64,000 bases of DNA from a virus (IMGVR_UViG_3300028888_000071:22638-86637); one strand, 5' to 3'; numbered from the stretch's first letter, positions 35,998 to 45,910 are shown. Made by a program: numbers and translations. The notes: generated from the letters alone by a model not told the origin.

Positions 35998-37722
35998 ATG
36001 AAACAATACAGACTTGAAGACTTGAAGACAGTGCCTGTTGTCAAACCGACAATAAAGCCTGATCCGATCTCGTTCCCGAATGACGAGAAAGGAGACAAGA
36101 AGATTGCCCAAGAATACACGGACTACATGGGGGACACTACGAAGATGTTCGCGTTCATGCCGCTTGTCGAAATCAACAAAGGGTATCGTGTGAACCCGTC
36201 CAACTTGATGGGCTTCAAGCTAAGCTTCAACAGTTTCATGCCAACGGTATGGGTGAAAGTCGCAGATCCGAACAATGAGCTCAAGAGCAAATACTATCCG
36301 ACTGACGGATCTATAATGAGTGTCTATATCGCGCCTGTCGGGGACGACGGCACATACAAGCCAGTCAGGATGGACTTCATCATAACATCCGTGTCAGAGA
36401 CTTCATCTATCCCGGGGACTGTCCTGTCTCAGACAGCAAGTGAGTTCACCATTTCTGGACAGATAAACGTGCCTGAACTTTTCTACAACAAGAACTCTTA
36501 TGAAAGCGGCACTTCTTGGGAAGCGATAAAGTCCATTGCTGAACAGACTGGAATGGGCTTCGCTTCAAATGTAGAAAACACGAAAGACAGCCAAGTGTGG
36601 CTGAACAACTATGACTCGATACGCAACTTCATCGAATACATCGCTGAGCATTCATACCTTGATGACGAGTCATTCTTCGTCTCATACATAGACCCATATT
36701 ACAACATAAACTTAGTCGAGGTGTCGCGACTGTTCTCGCAGATACCAGAAAACGAGACTTGCTGGGCGTTCACTACTGCTTCATATGAGGAGTCTGACTC
36801 TGACGCGATGGCAGAAATGGACACTGTGCCTGAAGACGAGCAAGTGATGTCAGAATGGAACGGGCGCAAGCACAAATGGTGGTATGAGCTGAACAACAGC
36901 AAGTACCTGTCAGGATGGACACCCTATTTCGACAACTACTATGAACGGAACTCCAGTTCTACAAGTATATTTGACGGTTATGTGAAGCACATCATCTCGT
37001 GGGACTGGATGAATCGAGAGAATGTAGAATGCCCGTTGTCAATAGACAACCCGGGCACAGAGGGAATGCTTCCCTTGAACAAAGGGCACATCATAGATGG
37101 CGAGCCCTCAGAACTCAGCAAGAACATGGCAAGCTGGGACTTTGTCGGGATAACTAATGACCACATGAATCCGGAATACTATTTCGCCGAAGCTCACAAC
37201 AAGATGAACTTGTCTGACATGGAGAAATTCGGGCTTGACATAGAAATGTCATCAGTGAATCCAGCAGTCACTTTGTTCTCAAGAATAAAAGTGATTGTGT
37301 TTGAGAAGAATGACATCGCGCAAGCAGGACTGGTAGAGAACCCAGACATGACTGCTGACTCTGAAATCACTAATGCAGAAGGCGACACTGCCAAACTTTC
37401 AGATTTCCCCGAACTGCAGAGTGACGTGACGCCGCGGTTTGACTTGACGACTGAGGCGGGGATAAAGCAAGCGAAAGAAGCTGGCGTCTATTCTGAACTC
37501 GCTACAAGTGGCGCGATGTCAAGAGACAACAAAGCGGGAGAGACTATAAATGAGTCGCTGTCAGGCTGGTATGTAGTGACTGGATTTGAGATTTACATGA
37601 ATGACTATGACGATGAAGGCGGCACCACAATGCTAAAGCAGAAGATACATCTCTCAAGACGAGAATACAAGCCAGCATTGAAGAAAGACTACGAGAAGAC
37701 AACAAGTGAAAATAAAGGATAA
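35998..37722 (+). CDS. hypothetical protein (574 aa), probable virion/baseplate protein
   Basis: Long ORF immediately after the LysM-like gene. No named motif. Confidence 0.5.
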   Translation: MKQYRLEDLKTVPVVKPTIKPDPISFPNDEKGDKKIAQEYTDYMGDTTKMFAFMPLVEINKGYRVNPSNLMGFKLSFNSFMPTVWVKVADPNNELKSKYYPTDGSIMSVYIAPVGDDGTYKPVRMDFIITSVSETSSIPGTVLSQTASEFTISGQINVPELFYNKNSYESGTSWEAIKSIAEQTGMGFASNVENTKDSQVWLNNYDSIRNFIEYIAEHSYLDDESFFVSYIDPYYNINLVEVSRLFSQIPENETCWAFTTASYEESDSDAMAEMDTVPEDEQVMSEWNGRKHKWWYELNNSKYLSGWTPYFDNYYERNSSSTSIFDGYVKHIISWDWMNRENVECPLSIDNPGTEGMLPLNKGHIIDGEPSELSKNMASWDFVGITNDHMNPEYYFAEAHNKMNLSDMEKFGLDIEMSSVNPAVTLFSRIKVIVFEKNDIAQAGLVENPDMTADSEITNAEGDTAKLSDFPELQSDVTPRFDLTTEAGIKQAKEAGVYSELATSGAMSRDNKAGETINESLSGWYVVTGFEIYMNDYDDEGGTTMLKQKIHLSRREYKPALKKDYEKTTSENKG

Positions 37723-37725
37723 ACG

Positions 37726-38193
37726 ATGAGAATATTAAACACTGACATTTTTGTTTCTGAGCGAATGAAATTCAGGCCAGTCACGAATGCTGAACTGGAC
37801 AAAATAAAAATATACACAGAATTGCATGAACATAAGCTGAAGCAAGGAGACATAGTATATTATCGTGACATGCCGCATCTTGTCATAATGGAAGAACATT
37901 TATACAAACAAGTTTTGCTAGCAAGCAGCCTATCATATTATGATTTCACAGATGGAGTCATGGCATGTAAACGCAATATTGGTTCCAGCACTAATTTCAT
38001 GTTAGTTTCTGATTATCATAGTGAGTCACTTAAAACCAAAACGTCAGATGTTAATTTTGACATACAAAAAATCTATCGCGGGTCTATAGACATGACCAGG
38101 TCAACCGACATGAGAAAACTCATATGCGTAGATAATCTGAAACAACTACAAAAAGACTTCACTCTTATATTTGACAATGGCAAGTGGCTGTGA
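37726..38193 (+). CDS. divergent leader-family member 9 (155 aa)
   Basis: MRILNTDIFVSERMKFRPVTNAELDKIKI..., then unrelated sequence. Confidence 0.55.
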   Translation: MRILNTDIFVSERMKFRPVTNAELDKIKIYTELHEHKLKQGDIVYYRDMPHLVIMEEHLYKQVLLASSLSYYDFTDGVMACKRNIGSSTNFMLVSDYHSESLKTKTSDVNFDIQKIYRGSIDMTRSTDMRKLICVDNLKQLQKDFTLIFDNGKWL

Positions 38194-38210
38194 TGTGCAA
38201 AATCCCAGAA

Positions 38211-38237
38211 TTATTTGTTATATCAAATTACAAATAG
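38211..38237 (+). promoter_or_regulatory. promoter-like motif variant TTATTTGTTATATCAAATTACAAATAG
   Basis: Lies within the last codons of the preceding ORF, 9 nt upstream of ATG 38246. Confidence 0.35.
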
Positions 38238-38245
38238 CAAATAAA

Positions 38246-39544
38246 ATGAAAGGGACTTTACATTTCAGCTTGGGAGAGAATTTCGGGATATTGTTGCAGA
38301 ACATCGCGCATGAACACTTGTTCTGCTCACTTGATCCAGAAAAAGCAGTCGACACTCTTGTCGGCAGTGGCTGCCCGGAGGAACATGTCTTGAAGATTCT
38401 CAAAAACAAACTTTATCTCACTTCTAAAGATGATGAGGTTTTCATCGTTCCAGAAGACAGACTCCCTGAAGGACATCTTGAGGAATACCACAAGTTCAAC
38501 CCGAATTTCATTTTCGACAAACTGAACGGCTTTGGCAGCAGTCCTCTCATTGAACAGGGATATTATTTCCAGAAACATCTGTATGAGTTTTTCGCAAATC
38601 ATCTGCTGTATTACATCAATGTCGATGCTGCGCAGACAATGATGAACTTGCCGGAAGGCTATGACTGGGAACTCAAGACTAAACTGTCGCCACTTGACAT
38701 CGCCCACATCTGGCTTGACAACAAGTCTGGAATGAAAGAGATTTTGGAGAATGCTGAGATCACAAAGTGCTTCTCACAGAGAGTGAGTGACATTTTCAAC
38801 GAGCTTGAGGGACTCAGGAAATTCGTCACTGATGGCTACAGACTTATCCACCTGAAAAACTGGTGGATTGAAAACCGCATGGGAGCTGCGCCAAGCGAGT
38901 TCCCGAGATTTGAAGAAACTGTATGCCAGCTTGCTGGCTTGCTTGATGTCCTGCAAGAACTTGATGATGACAAGATTCATGCTTGGGTGGAGTCTCACAA
39001 GTATCTTGAAGAATCTAATTCTGTAGTAGACAAAGGCATGGTAAACAAAGATGTGGACACTCCTATGGACGATTTGCTCAACCGCAGATTTGGTGGCGTC
39101 ACTGATGAAAGAGACATCATCGAACCAGTTGAATGGGATCATGAATGGACGGCAGGCTTCATCGACAGAGAAGGCCACGTCTATGCTATGGATGAACACG
39201 AATCCAGGCTTGCTCATGTCGAACTTGCTGACGCTTATTATGAAAAATATCCAGACACACCGGTGTTTGAGAAAAACAGAGACTGGTCGCTTGACAGGCT
39301 TGGCTGGGTCAGGTTCCATGACGGCAAGATCCGCTATCACGGGTATTGCCTCGTCGACTGCGGGCATGCGATGAGAGACCTTCCGCTCACATCAAGGCAG
39401 AAAGAGAGACTTGCCCAGTATGCTGAACAGTTCTATCCAAACGGACTTCGCAATGAAGGCATCGGTGATGAAGATGTGAGAATCACAGCTGAAGACTGGA
39501 GAACGATGACTGATGATGAGTTTAGAAAAATTTTTGAAATATAA
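38246..39544 (+). CDS. hypothetical protein (432 aa)
   Basis: ATG at 38246 (MKGTLHFS...) is the first ATG after the motif. The ORF track extends to 38171. Confidence 0.5.
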   Translation: MKGTLHFSLGENFGILLQNIAHEHLFCSLDPEKAVDTLVGSGCPEEHVLKILKNKLYLTSKDDEVFIVPEDRLPEGHLEEYHKFNPNFIFDKLNGFGSSPLIEQGYYFQKHLYEFFANHLLYYINVDAAQTMMNLPEGYDWELKTKLSPLDIAHIWLDNKSGMKEILENAEITKCFSQRVSDIFNELEGLRKFVTDGYRLIHLKNWWIENRMGAAPSEFPRFEETVCQLAGLLDVLQELDDDKIHAWVESHKYLEESNSVVDKGMVNKDVDTPMDDLLNRRFGGVTDERDIIEPVEWDHEWTAGFIDREGHVYAMDEHESRLAHVELADAYYEKYPDTPVFEKNRDWSLDRLGWVRFHDGKIRYHGYCLVDCGHAMRDLPLTSRQKERLAQYAEQFYPNGLRNEGIGDEDVRITAEDWRTMTDDEFRKIFEI

Positions 39545-39554
39545 TTATGAGTAG

Positions 39555-41135
39555 TCATTTCACTCGTATGATTGTGCCGTCATCTAGCTTTATTATGTCT
39601 CCTGATGCAGCAAGGTAGTCTATAGTTATAGTCCTGCCGTCAGAAAGACTAAGCAAAGTAGTGTCGGTGTCGGGATCGTAGTCAGTGCCGAGGTCGATGT
39701 CATAGTCTTCGCCATCATCGAACGTGAAGTCGCTTTCGTCTAAATCGGTCGCACCGGCAATCTCATCAGCAGGCATGTAGTAATATCTTTTGCCAGCTGA
39801 ATCTGTGAACGGGCCAGAATCCTTGCGATATCCGCCGATCCAGTAGCTTTTCTTCAACTGCCCGTCTTCCATGTATGTCCTTGCATAGTCTTTCCTGCAG
39901 TAGCACTTGAAGCCATTTATCTTTATTTCATGGTTAGCCCAGTCTACTTCAGCATCAGCATACATGTATCCGGCAAGCTTTGTCTCGTCTTTGTTGTCTT
40001 CGTCTTTTGGCTTCTCGTGTTTGAGATACCATTTCTGCCTTTTGCGCAAAGCTTTGACTGCTTGGCGGAATGCTTTTTCAGAGTCGGCTTGCTTTGCTTC
40101 AAACATCTCGCATAGTTTCTTGAATGCGGGTATGAAGTCTTTTATGGCAAAGCCAAGTGCTGTCGCTATAGCAATTATCTCTTTTATGTAGTTGACTATT
40201 TTCTTTGTGTCAGTGAGGACTTTCTTCATGTTCTCCATGAACACCATCACTTTCTGTGCTGGATTCGGGACGCCTGTCGCTGCGCCAGCGACAATCACAT
40301 CAGGGTTCGGTATCTTAGCAACCAGTGTGCTTATGTCTGTGCTGAGTTCTGTGAATGACTCTTTGAAGTTTTCGAATATCCTGTCTATCTTGTCGCATTC
40401 TTCTTCGACGAAAGCATCACCCGGGCCGCCGTCTTGGAAATACTTTTTCGCTTCTTTCTTCACTGACTTGAACAGTTCGACAGTGTCGTTGTATGCGTCT
40501 TCAGTCTCTTTGACGAGCCTGTCCATTTTCTCTTTCTCTTTGTCTGCCCAGTCAGCATATGAGCTAAGCAGCATTTTCTTGACTACTTCCAGTGATTCTT
40601 TCTTTGCCGTGCTTTTCTTTGCTTCAGTCTCTTTTTCAGCAGCTTCATTCGCTTTCTTCTTTTCTTTCCCTGATATTTTCTTGAACTTCGTTATGATGTC
40701 AATCTTCGTCTCCTTCTTTATTTTCTCAATGTCTGCAAAATAAGTGTCCCACACTTCATCTTGCTTTCTGCCGTATTCATTGTTCGTGATGCCAAGCGCT
40801 TGCTTTCTGACAGACTGCGCTTCATTGTCTTCATATTCTTGCTTCAATCGTGACAGTTCTGACTCTCTTTTCTTCGCAGCTTGCTCTACAAGTTCATTGT
40901 ACAGCTTTGCTGCTTTGAGGTATTCTTCTGTGTATATTGAATTTCCATCAAGGTTTTTAGCAGACTCTTTCAGTTTGTCTATCTGCTCATTCAGCATGTC
41001 CATGCTTGGCATCGGCGGCGGCGTGAAATTGGGTATATGGGGAGCGCTCGGCATCTTTATGCCGCATTGGTCTATGTATTTGCTTATCAGAAAAACTTTT
41101 ATCGCTTTGCGCATCGGCGCAGTCACTATGCCCAT
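39555..41135 (-). CDS. coiled-coil-rich protein (526 aa), possibly an internal virion / tail-assembly protein
   Basis: Long Lys/Glu-rich helical segments (ESELSRLKQEYEDNEAQ..., KKANEAAEKETEAKKSTAKKE). A hydrophobic central segment. C-terminal Asp/Thr/Tyr-rich beta-like region. Confidence 0.45.
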   Translation of the reverse strand: MGIVTAPMRKAIKVFLISKYIDQCGIKMPSAPHIPNFTPPPMPSMDMLNEQIDKLKESAKNLDGNSIYTEEYLKAAKLYNELVEQAAKKRESELSRLKQEYEDNEAQSVRKQALGITNNEYGRKQDEVWDTYFADIEKIKKETKIDIITKFKKISGKEKKKANEAAEKETEAKKSTAKKESLEVVKKMLLSSYADWADKEKEKMDRLVKETEDAYNDTVELFKSVKKEAKKYFQDGGPGDAFVEEECDKIDRIFENFKESFTELSTDISTLVAKIPNPDVIVAGAATGVPNPAQKVMVFMENMKKVLTDTKKIVNYIKEIIAIATALGFAIKDFIPAFKKLCEMFEAKQADSEKAFRQAVKALRKRQKWYLKHEKPKDEDNKDETKLAGYMYADAEVDWANHEIKINGFKCYCRKDYARTYMEDGQLKKSYWIGGYRKDSGPFTDSAGKRYYYMPADEIAGATDLDESDFTFDDGEDYDIDLGTDYDPDTDTTLLSLSDGRTITIDYLAASGDIIKLDDGTIIRVK

Positions 41136-41176
41136 AAATACAACATTAAAAATTCAAGATATTTATAAATAATTCC

Positions 41177-41200
41177 GTTTTGTTATATTAAAATTGTAAT
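41177..41200 (+). promoter_or_regulatory. conserved promoter-like motif GTTTTGTTATATTAAAATTGTAAT
   Basis: 21 nt upstream of ATG 41222. Confidence 0.45.
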
Positions 41201-41221
41201 GAAAAACATAATTTGTAGAAT

Positions 41222-41647
41222 ATGAAGATAAAGCCTGTCACAAACACCGAATTTGATGAACTGAAGAAGAAATACAGTGTGGACACTGAAAAGCTGAAGC
41301 CTGTAGATCCGGCGTTGAAGAACTGGGGGCCTGATGACTTCGTCAACTGGGATGAAGTCCAGAATTTCGTCTACCATAGTCACGAGTTTGTAGATAGAAA
41401 CATCGAAAAATGCAATAGAGAGCGTGTGCCCGAAAACTGGCGCTGCTCAATCTGCCAGAAAGAACTCAAACATGGCTACAAGACACTTTACTGGAAATCA
41501 CCCACTGAAGAAGAATGTCTTGCAGACAACCGCGGATCGTCTTCAAGATGGTATGCTGTTCCAGCTAATGACCGTGAAGAAGTCAAAGTCGGAAACACTT
41601 GCTTCAAAGCATTCGCTAAAGCACACAAGAAAATCTACGGAAAATAA
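41222..41647 (+). CDS. short-leader family member 12 (IKPVTN motif) with Cys-rich putative zinc-binding region
   Basis: MKIKPVTNTEFDELKKKY. CNRERVPENWRCSICQKELKHGY and C...C later in the sequence. Confidence 0.45.
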   Translation: MKIKPVTNTEFDELKKKYSVDTEKLKPVDPALKNWGPDDFVNWDEVQNFVYHSHEFVDRNIEKCNRERVPENWRCSICQKELKHGYKTLYWKSPTEEECLADNRGSSSRWYAVPANDREEVKVGNTCFKAFAKAHKKIYGK

Positions 41648-41674
41648 TAGAACCTCACATAATTGTAAATGAAA

Positions 41675-41704
41675 TCAACTAGATGATGTCTAGTTGATTT
41701 TTTT
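41675..41704 (+). terminator. rho-independent terminator
   Basis: tcaactaga-tgatg-tctagttga, then ttttttt. The stem sequence is related to the TAGATG..CATCTA palindrome. Confidence 0.6.
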
Positions 41705-41746
41705 ATCTTTGTAATTAAATTATATATCAGCATAGCAAAAGTGTCA

Positions 41747-41759
41747 TAGATGTCATCTA
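41747..41759. promoter_or_regulatory. palindromic element TAGATGTCATCTA (copy 3)
   Basis: The context aagtgtcaTAGATGTCATCTAat matches 7565-7585 at 19 of 20 positions. Confidence 0.4.
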
Positions 41760-41813
41760 ATGAATTTCTTGTATGCAGAATAATGTTTATGAACTTTGTA
41801 AAATTCCAGAAAT

Positions 41814-41844
41814 GTTTGTTATATTCAAATATTAAATTACAAAC
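41814..41844 (+). promoter_or_regulatory. conserved promoter-like motif GTTTGTTATATTCAAATATTAAATTACAAAC
   Basis: 16 nt upstream of ATG 41861. Confidence 0.45.
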
Positions 41845-41860
41845 TTAAATTTTTATAACT

Positions 41861-42343
41861 ATGAATCTGTATGAAATCAATCAGCAACAAGAAGAACTCA
41901 ATGCTTTGTTAGAAGAAAACTGTGGTGAACTCACTCCGGAACTGGAAGCCGCGCTCGAGATGAACATGGACAATTTCCAGTTAAAGGCTGAAAGCTATGT
42001 GAAAGCCATGAAGAACTACAAAGCCGAAGCAGATGCAATCAGTGAAGAAATCAAGCGTCTCCAAGACAAGAAGAAAGTCTGTGAGACTGCAGTGAGTAGA
42101 ATGAAGACTGCTCTCTGTGAGTCAATGGGCACATTCGGACTTCCGAAAATCCAAGCAGGGCTGTTCAAGGTTTCTCGCACGAGCAACACTTCGGTGAAGA
42201 TTATCAATGAAGACGAGATTCCTGAAGAATACAAGAAAGTGAAGTATGAAGTCAGCAAGACTGCCATCAAGAATGCCATCAACGAGGGCAAGACTGTAGC
42301 AGGCGCTGAACTTGAAGAGACGCACAGTATCACTATCAGATAG
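41861..42343 (+). CDS. Gp157-like phage protein (N-terminal coiled coil, conserved C-terminal domain)
   Basis: The architecture and C-terminal segment GLFKVSRTSNTSVKIINEDEIPEEYKK...SKTAIKNAINEGKTVAGAELEETHSITIR resemble the siphovirus Gp157 family as I recall it. Confidence 0.4.
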   Translation: MNLYEINQQQEELNALLEENCGELTPELEAALEMNMDNFQLKAESYVKAMKNYKAEADAISEEIKRLQDKKKVCETAVSRMKTALCESMGTFGLPKIQAGLFKVSRTSNTSVKIINEDEIPEEYKKVKYEVSKTAIKNAINEGKTVAGAELEETHSITIR

Positions 42344-42384
42344 TGGTTCTGCGAATAGTGTTTTGTTTTGTTTTTTTCATCGAA

Positions 42385-42413
42385 AAAGACCCGCAGAATC
42401 TACGGGTCTTTTT
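42385..42413. terminator. bidirectional rho-independent terminator
   Basis: aagacccg-cagaatcta-cgggtctt, flanked by A-run and T-run. Lies between convergent genes. Confidence 0.6.
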
Positions 42414-42435
42414 TGTTTCATAAGTCAATTTTTCT

Positions 42436-43560
42436 TTATTCGTCTATTTTTTTGTCTTTGACTTCATAATCGACTCTAGCATTGCCACACACTTCAGCCT
42501 TGCCACACACTTCAGCCTTGCCATACACTTGAGCGTTGTCATACAACATAGCCTTGTCATACACATAAGCACGTCCATACACTTTAGAATATCCAAACAC
42601 ATAAGCACGTCCATACACTTGAATGCTGCCATACATTTCAGCATTCCCGCCCACACGAGCATCGCCGTACACTTTAGCTTTGCCATACACTTTAGCATTG
42701 TCAAACACTTCAGCTTCTTCATATATGTCAGCATTCCCGCGCGCTTCAGCATTCCCGCCCACTTTAGCACTTGCATGCACTTTAGCATTCCCATACACCT
42801 TAGCACTCCCACGCACACAAGACATGCCGTACACTTGAGCATCCCCAAACACTTTAGCATCACCATACACTTCAGCATCACCTTTCACTCTAGCATTGCC
42901 ATACACTTGAGCGTTCCCATATACTTTAGCATATCCATACACTTCAGCAGCGTCATGCACTTTAGCGTTTCCGTACACTTGAGAACATCCATACACTTCA
43001 GCATATTCATACACTTTAGCAACGCCATACACCTCAACAGTCTCATGCACTTTAGCATTGCCATACACCTCAGCATATCTGAACACTTTAGCATTGTCAT
43101 GCACTTCAGCATAACCATACACTTGAGCGCCGTCATACACTTGAGCTCTACCATGCACTTGAGCATGGCCAAACACTAAAGCATTGCCATACACTTTAGC
43201 ACTGCCATACACTTGAGCACTGTCACACACTTGAGCATTCTTATACACACAAGCATTTTCAGACACTTTAGCTTCATCATACACAAAAGCTTCATCTGCA
43301 ACCCAGCAGTCTCCTTTCTGGTCTAGATTGTCATATGACTCAACCCAGCCACCCAAGTCTCCTGCATTCACTTTCCTTGACGGGATGTCTTTCAAAGCTT
43401 TTATACGATGCAAAACATGGCCACTATGATTCTGCGTTTCAGCGGTGAGCTCATACTTCAGATCTTTCATGTCTTGCTGGATCTGGTCCAGTTCAGCATT
43501 CGTGACTGGCCTGATCTTCATGCGTTCTGAAACAAATTGCTCAGTGTCAAGTATTTTCAT
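42436..43560 (-). CDS. leader-domain + hexapeptide-repeat protein (family member 10, longest: 374 aa)
   Basis: MKILDTEQFVSERMKIRPVTNAELDQIQQDMKDLKYEL..., then about 45 six-residue units. Confidence 0.7.
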   Translation of the reverse strand: MKILDTEQFVSERMKIRPVTNAELDQIQQDMKDLKYELTAETQNHSGHVLHRIKALKDIPSRKVNAGDLGGWVESYDNLDQKGDCWVADEAFVYDEAKVSENACVYKNAQVCDSAQVYGSAKVYGNALVFGHAQVHGRAQVYDGAQVYGYAEVHDNAKVFRYAEVYGNAKVHETVEVYGVAKVYEYAEVYGCSQVYGNAKVHDAAEVYGYAKVYGNAQVYGNARVKGDAEVYGDAKVFGDAQVYGMSCVRGSAKVYGNAKVHASAKVGGNAEARGNADIYEEAEVFDNAKVYGKAKVYGDARVGGNAEMYGSIQVYGRAYVFGYSKVYGRAYVYDKAMLYDNAQVYGKAEVCGKAEVCGNARVDYEVKDKKIDE

Positions 43561-43569
43561 TATGATGGC

Positions 43570-44295
43570 TTATATTATGTCTTCGGGAAACAGCGAGCGA
43601 ATGAATTCGATCCAGATTTTGACTACTTTGTCTGCTAATGCTTCGAGCACTTGCTTGTTTCCAGACACTCTGTTCCAGTCACATATGATTATGCCGAAAT
43701 TGTTGTCATTGTTTTCGCCATCGCCATCTACATCATCATAAGCAACTATGAACTCGTGCGTGTTCATTTCTTCAGCATAGTTCTTTTTGACAAAGTCAGA
43801 AAAGCGTCTGTACAGTTCTTTGTCCACATTGAGCTTGAAAGAATTCTCGTCATACACCTCTATTTCTTTCATGCTCTTGACAGCATTCCACTGCTCATCT
43901 CCAAACTGTCCAGAAGGCAAGTTCAAATCTTCAAACGGTATCTTTGGGGTGTTCACTACTTTGTGACGGTCGACATTGTATGAGTGCTCTTCATGTCTTG
44001 TCACATGTTCTGAACTATAATAGATGTAAAGCACACGGTCAAACGACAGCCACTTCTTGTCAGTTATCGTGTTGTCACGGTTTATCCCGTAGGTGAGCCA
44101 TCTGTATCTGGAAGCAATCTGCTCGCCGATCTCTTCAAGCATCTTCTCTTTCTTGTCTCTCTGCTTGCGCAAGACTTCACCACCGCGCTTGTGCTTGAAC
44201 TCAAACGTGTCGAAGCGGTCCACCATCCTCTGGTCCAACGCGCCCGCTGCTTGAGCTTCAGCCAAAAAATTGTCTATATTGAATATGTATTTCAT
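43570..44295 (-). CDS. hypothetical protein (241 aa)
   Basis: ORF. Confidence 0.5.
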   Translation of the reverse strand: MKYIFNIDNFLAEAQAAGALDQRMVDRFDTFEFKHKRGGEVLRKQRDKKEKMLEEIGEQIASRYRWLTYGINRDNTITDKKWLSFDRVLYIYYSSEHVTRHEEHSYNVDRHKVVNTPKIPFEDLNLPSGQFGDEQWNAVKSMKEIEVYDENSFKLNVDKELYRRFSDFVKKNYAEEMNTHEFIVAYDDVDGDGENNDNNFGIIICDWNRVSGNKQVLEALADKVVKIWIEFIRSLFPEDII

Positions 44296-44301
44296 ATGTT
44301 G

Positions 44302-45828
44302 TTATTTGTTTATCACATCTGTCTTTGCTTCAGAATGCTTGCTGTTCACGTGCTTCTTTGATGTGTCCACGACTGCGTTCATTTTTTTGAGAAGATCTCT
44401 ACACACATTCATCGACTTGTTCACGTTGTGCTTGTCGCCGATGTCGCTCAACTTCACTCTGATGTTCTTGTATGTCACGCCATTGTGAGTGATGTCAATC
44501 CTTGTCGTCGGCTGCTCGACTCGCTCGCCTGCTGATGAGCGGAAGCCCACCATGCCGTCGTACTTAGTCTTGAACTTCTTGCCGAACAGCGTCCATTCTA
44601 CAGTGCCTTCTTCTTTGTCGACTTTGACGTCATTTGCTAATATAGAAGTCAACGATCCGTTGCCTGTGTCAAGCAATGCGGTCAGAGGCTTGTCGAAGTC
44701 ATTTATGTAGAATATTTCCCTGTATCCGAGAACCATCTTTTCTGGCTCATTGCTGGTCTCATCATTCTTCCCGAATGCTTCTTTCATGTTGCGTATGAAC
44801 TCCGTTGCCGGGTCTTTGTCAGACACTGCGGTTATGCCTTTCAGTGATGGAGTAGAGTTCACTTCAATCACATACATCTTTCCAGTGTTCTTGTCTTTCA
44901 TTATGTCCACGCCGCACCAAGCGCATCTAACTGACTTCGCAGCTTCAATCGCAAGTTTCTTCTCTTCTTCAGTCGCTTCATAGTATTCATAGTCTGCGCC
45001 AAGTGAAGCGTTTGAGCGGTAGTCATTGTCGAGTTTTTTTCTCTTCATAGCAGCAAACACCACATATTTGTCGCCTGAGCGGTAAACGGGATCACTTTCT
45101 TTTCTGAGGACATGCAAGCGCAAGTCATAGTCAGCATCGATTCTCTCTTGGACGATTATGTCTGTGCAGTCGAGAACATCAGAATTGGAAAGTATGTATT
45201 GCGCGACTCCTTTCAGGCTTTTCGGGCCATCAAACAGAAAGACTCCATTGCCCTGGCTGCCCTTGTTCACTTTGGCAATCACCGGAAAATCAAAATCGAT
45301 AGTTTTTATGACAGCATCAAAGTCATCAATGTTCCTGCTGTTCAAGATCAGAGACTTTGGCTGCGGCACTTTGTCTATATTGAATTTCTCTATAGTGAGA
45401 GCTTTGTCTCCACTTGTCTTTATCGAAGATGGAGTGTTTATCACTAGAAAGTCGTTGCTGCTTAGAATCTTGCAGTTCTTCTTCACACTCGGGACTGCCA
45501 TTCTTGCATGCCGCTTTATCACAAGCGTGTTGTTTTTCTCTAACTTGTACATGCGGTCTCCCATGCACAGCACGCAAGAGCCGTCTATGACTTTTATGAA
45601 ATTGTCCTCTTTCGCGAAATTGACATATATGAACCGTGCATTGCATTTTGCGCACGCGTTCTTCAGATACTGTATCTCATACATGCGTTCACTGTTTCCG
45701 GAAACGCAAAGCACGACAAACTGGTCAGAACTCATATTAAAATCTACATTTTCTATATCTTGGTCAAATGACTGCTCAAAAACACGATTTCCGCCAACGA
45801 CAGTTTCATATGATTTGATATAATTCAT
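44302..45828 (-). CDS. fusion of RimK-like ATP-grasp ligase (N-terminal) and retropepsin-like (RimB/DUF785-type) domain (C-terminal)
   Basis: ATP-grasp signatures: IIVQERIDADYDLRLHVL...RSNASLGAD...WCGVDIMKDKNTGKMYVIEVNSTPS. C-terminal LTALLDTGNGSLTSILA is an aspartic-protease DTG motif. The upstream reverse complement carries TATAAATA. Confidence 0.5.
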   Translation of the reverse strand: MNYIKSYETVVGGNRVFEQSFDQDIENVDFNMSSDQFVVLCVSGNSERMYEIQYLKNACAKCNARFIYVNFAKEDNFIKVIDGSCVLCMGDRMYKLEKNNTLVIKRHARMAVPSVKKNCKILSSNDFLVINTPSSIKTSGDKALTIEKFNIDKVPQPKSLILNSRNIDDFDAVIKTIDFDFPVIAKVNKGSQGNGVFLFDGPKSLKGVAQYILSNSDVLDCTDIIVQERIDADYDLRLHVLRKESDPVYRSGDKYVVFAAMKRKKLDNDYRSNASLGADYEYYEATEEEKKLAIEAAKSVRCAWCGVDIMKDKNTGKMYVIEVNSTPSLKGITAVSDKDPATEFIRNMKEAFGKNDETSNEPEKMVLGYREIFYINDFDKPLTALLDTGNGSLTSILANDVKVDKEEGTVEWTLFGKKFKTKYDGMVGFRSSAGERVEQPTTRIDITHNGVTYKNIRVKLSDIGDKHNVNKSMNVCRDLLKKMNAVVDTSKKHVNSKHSEAKTDVINK

Positions 45829-45910
45829 TTCAAGTATACTTTCTTTTTATATTTATAAAAACAGTAAAATAACGAATGGTTTTTATTATTTGTTATAAAA
45901 CAAATAGAAT

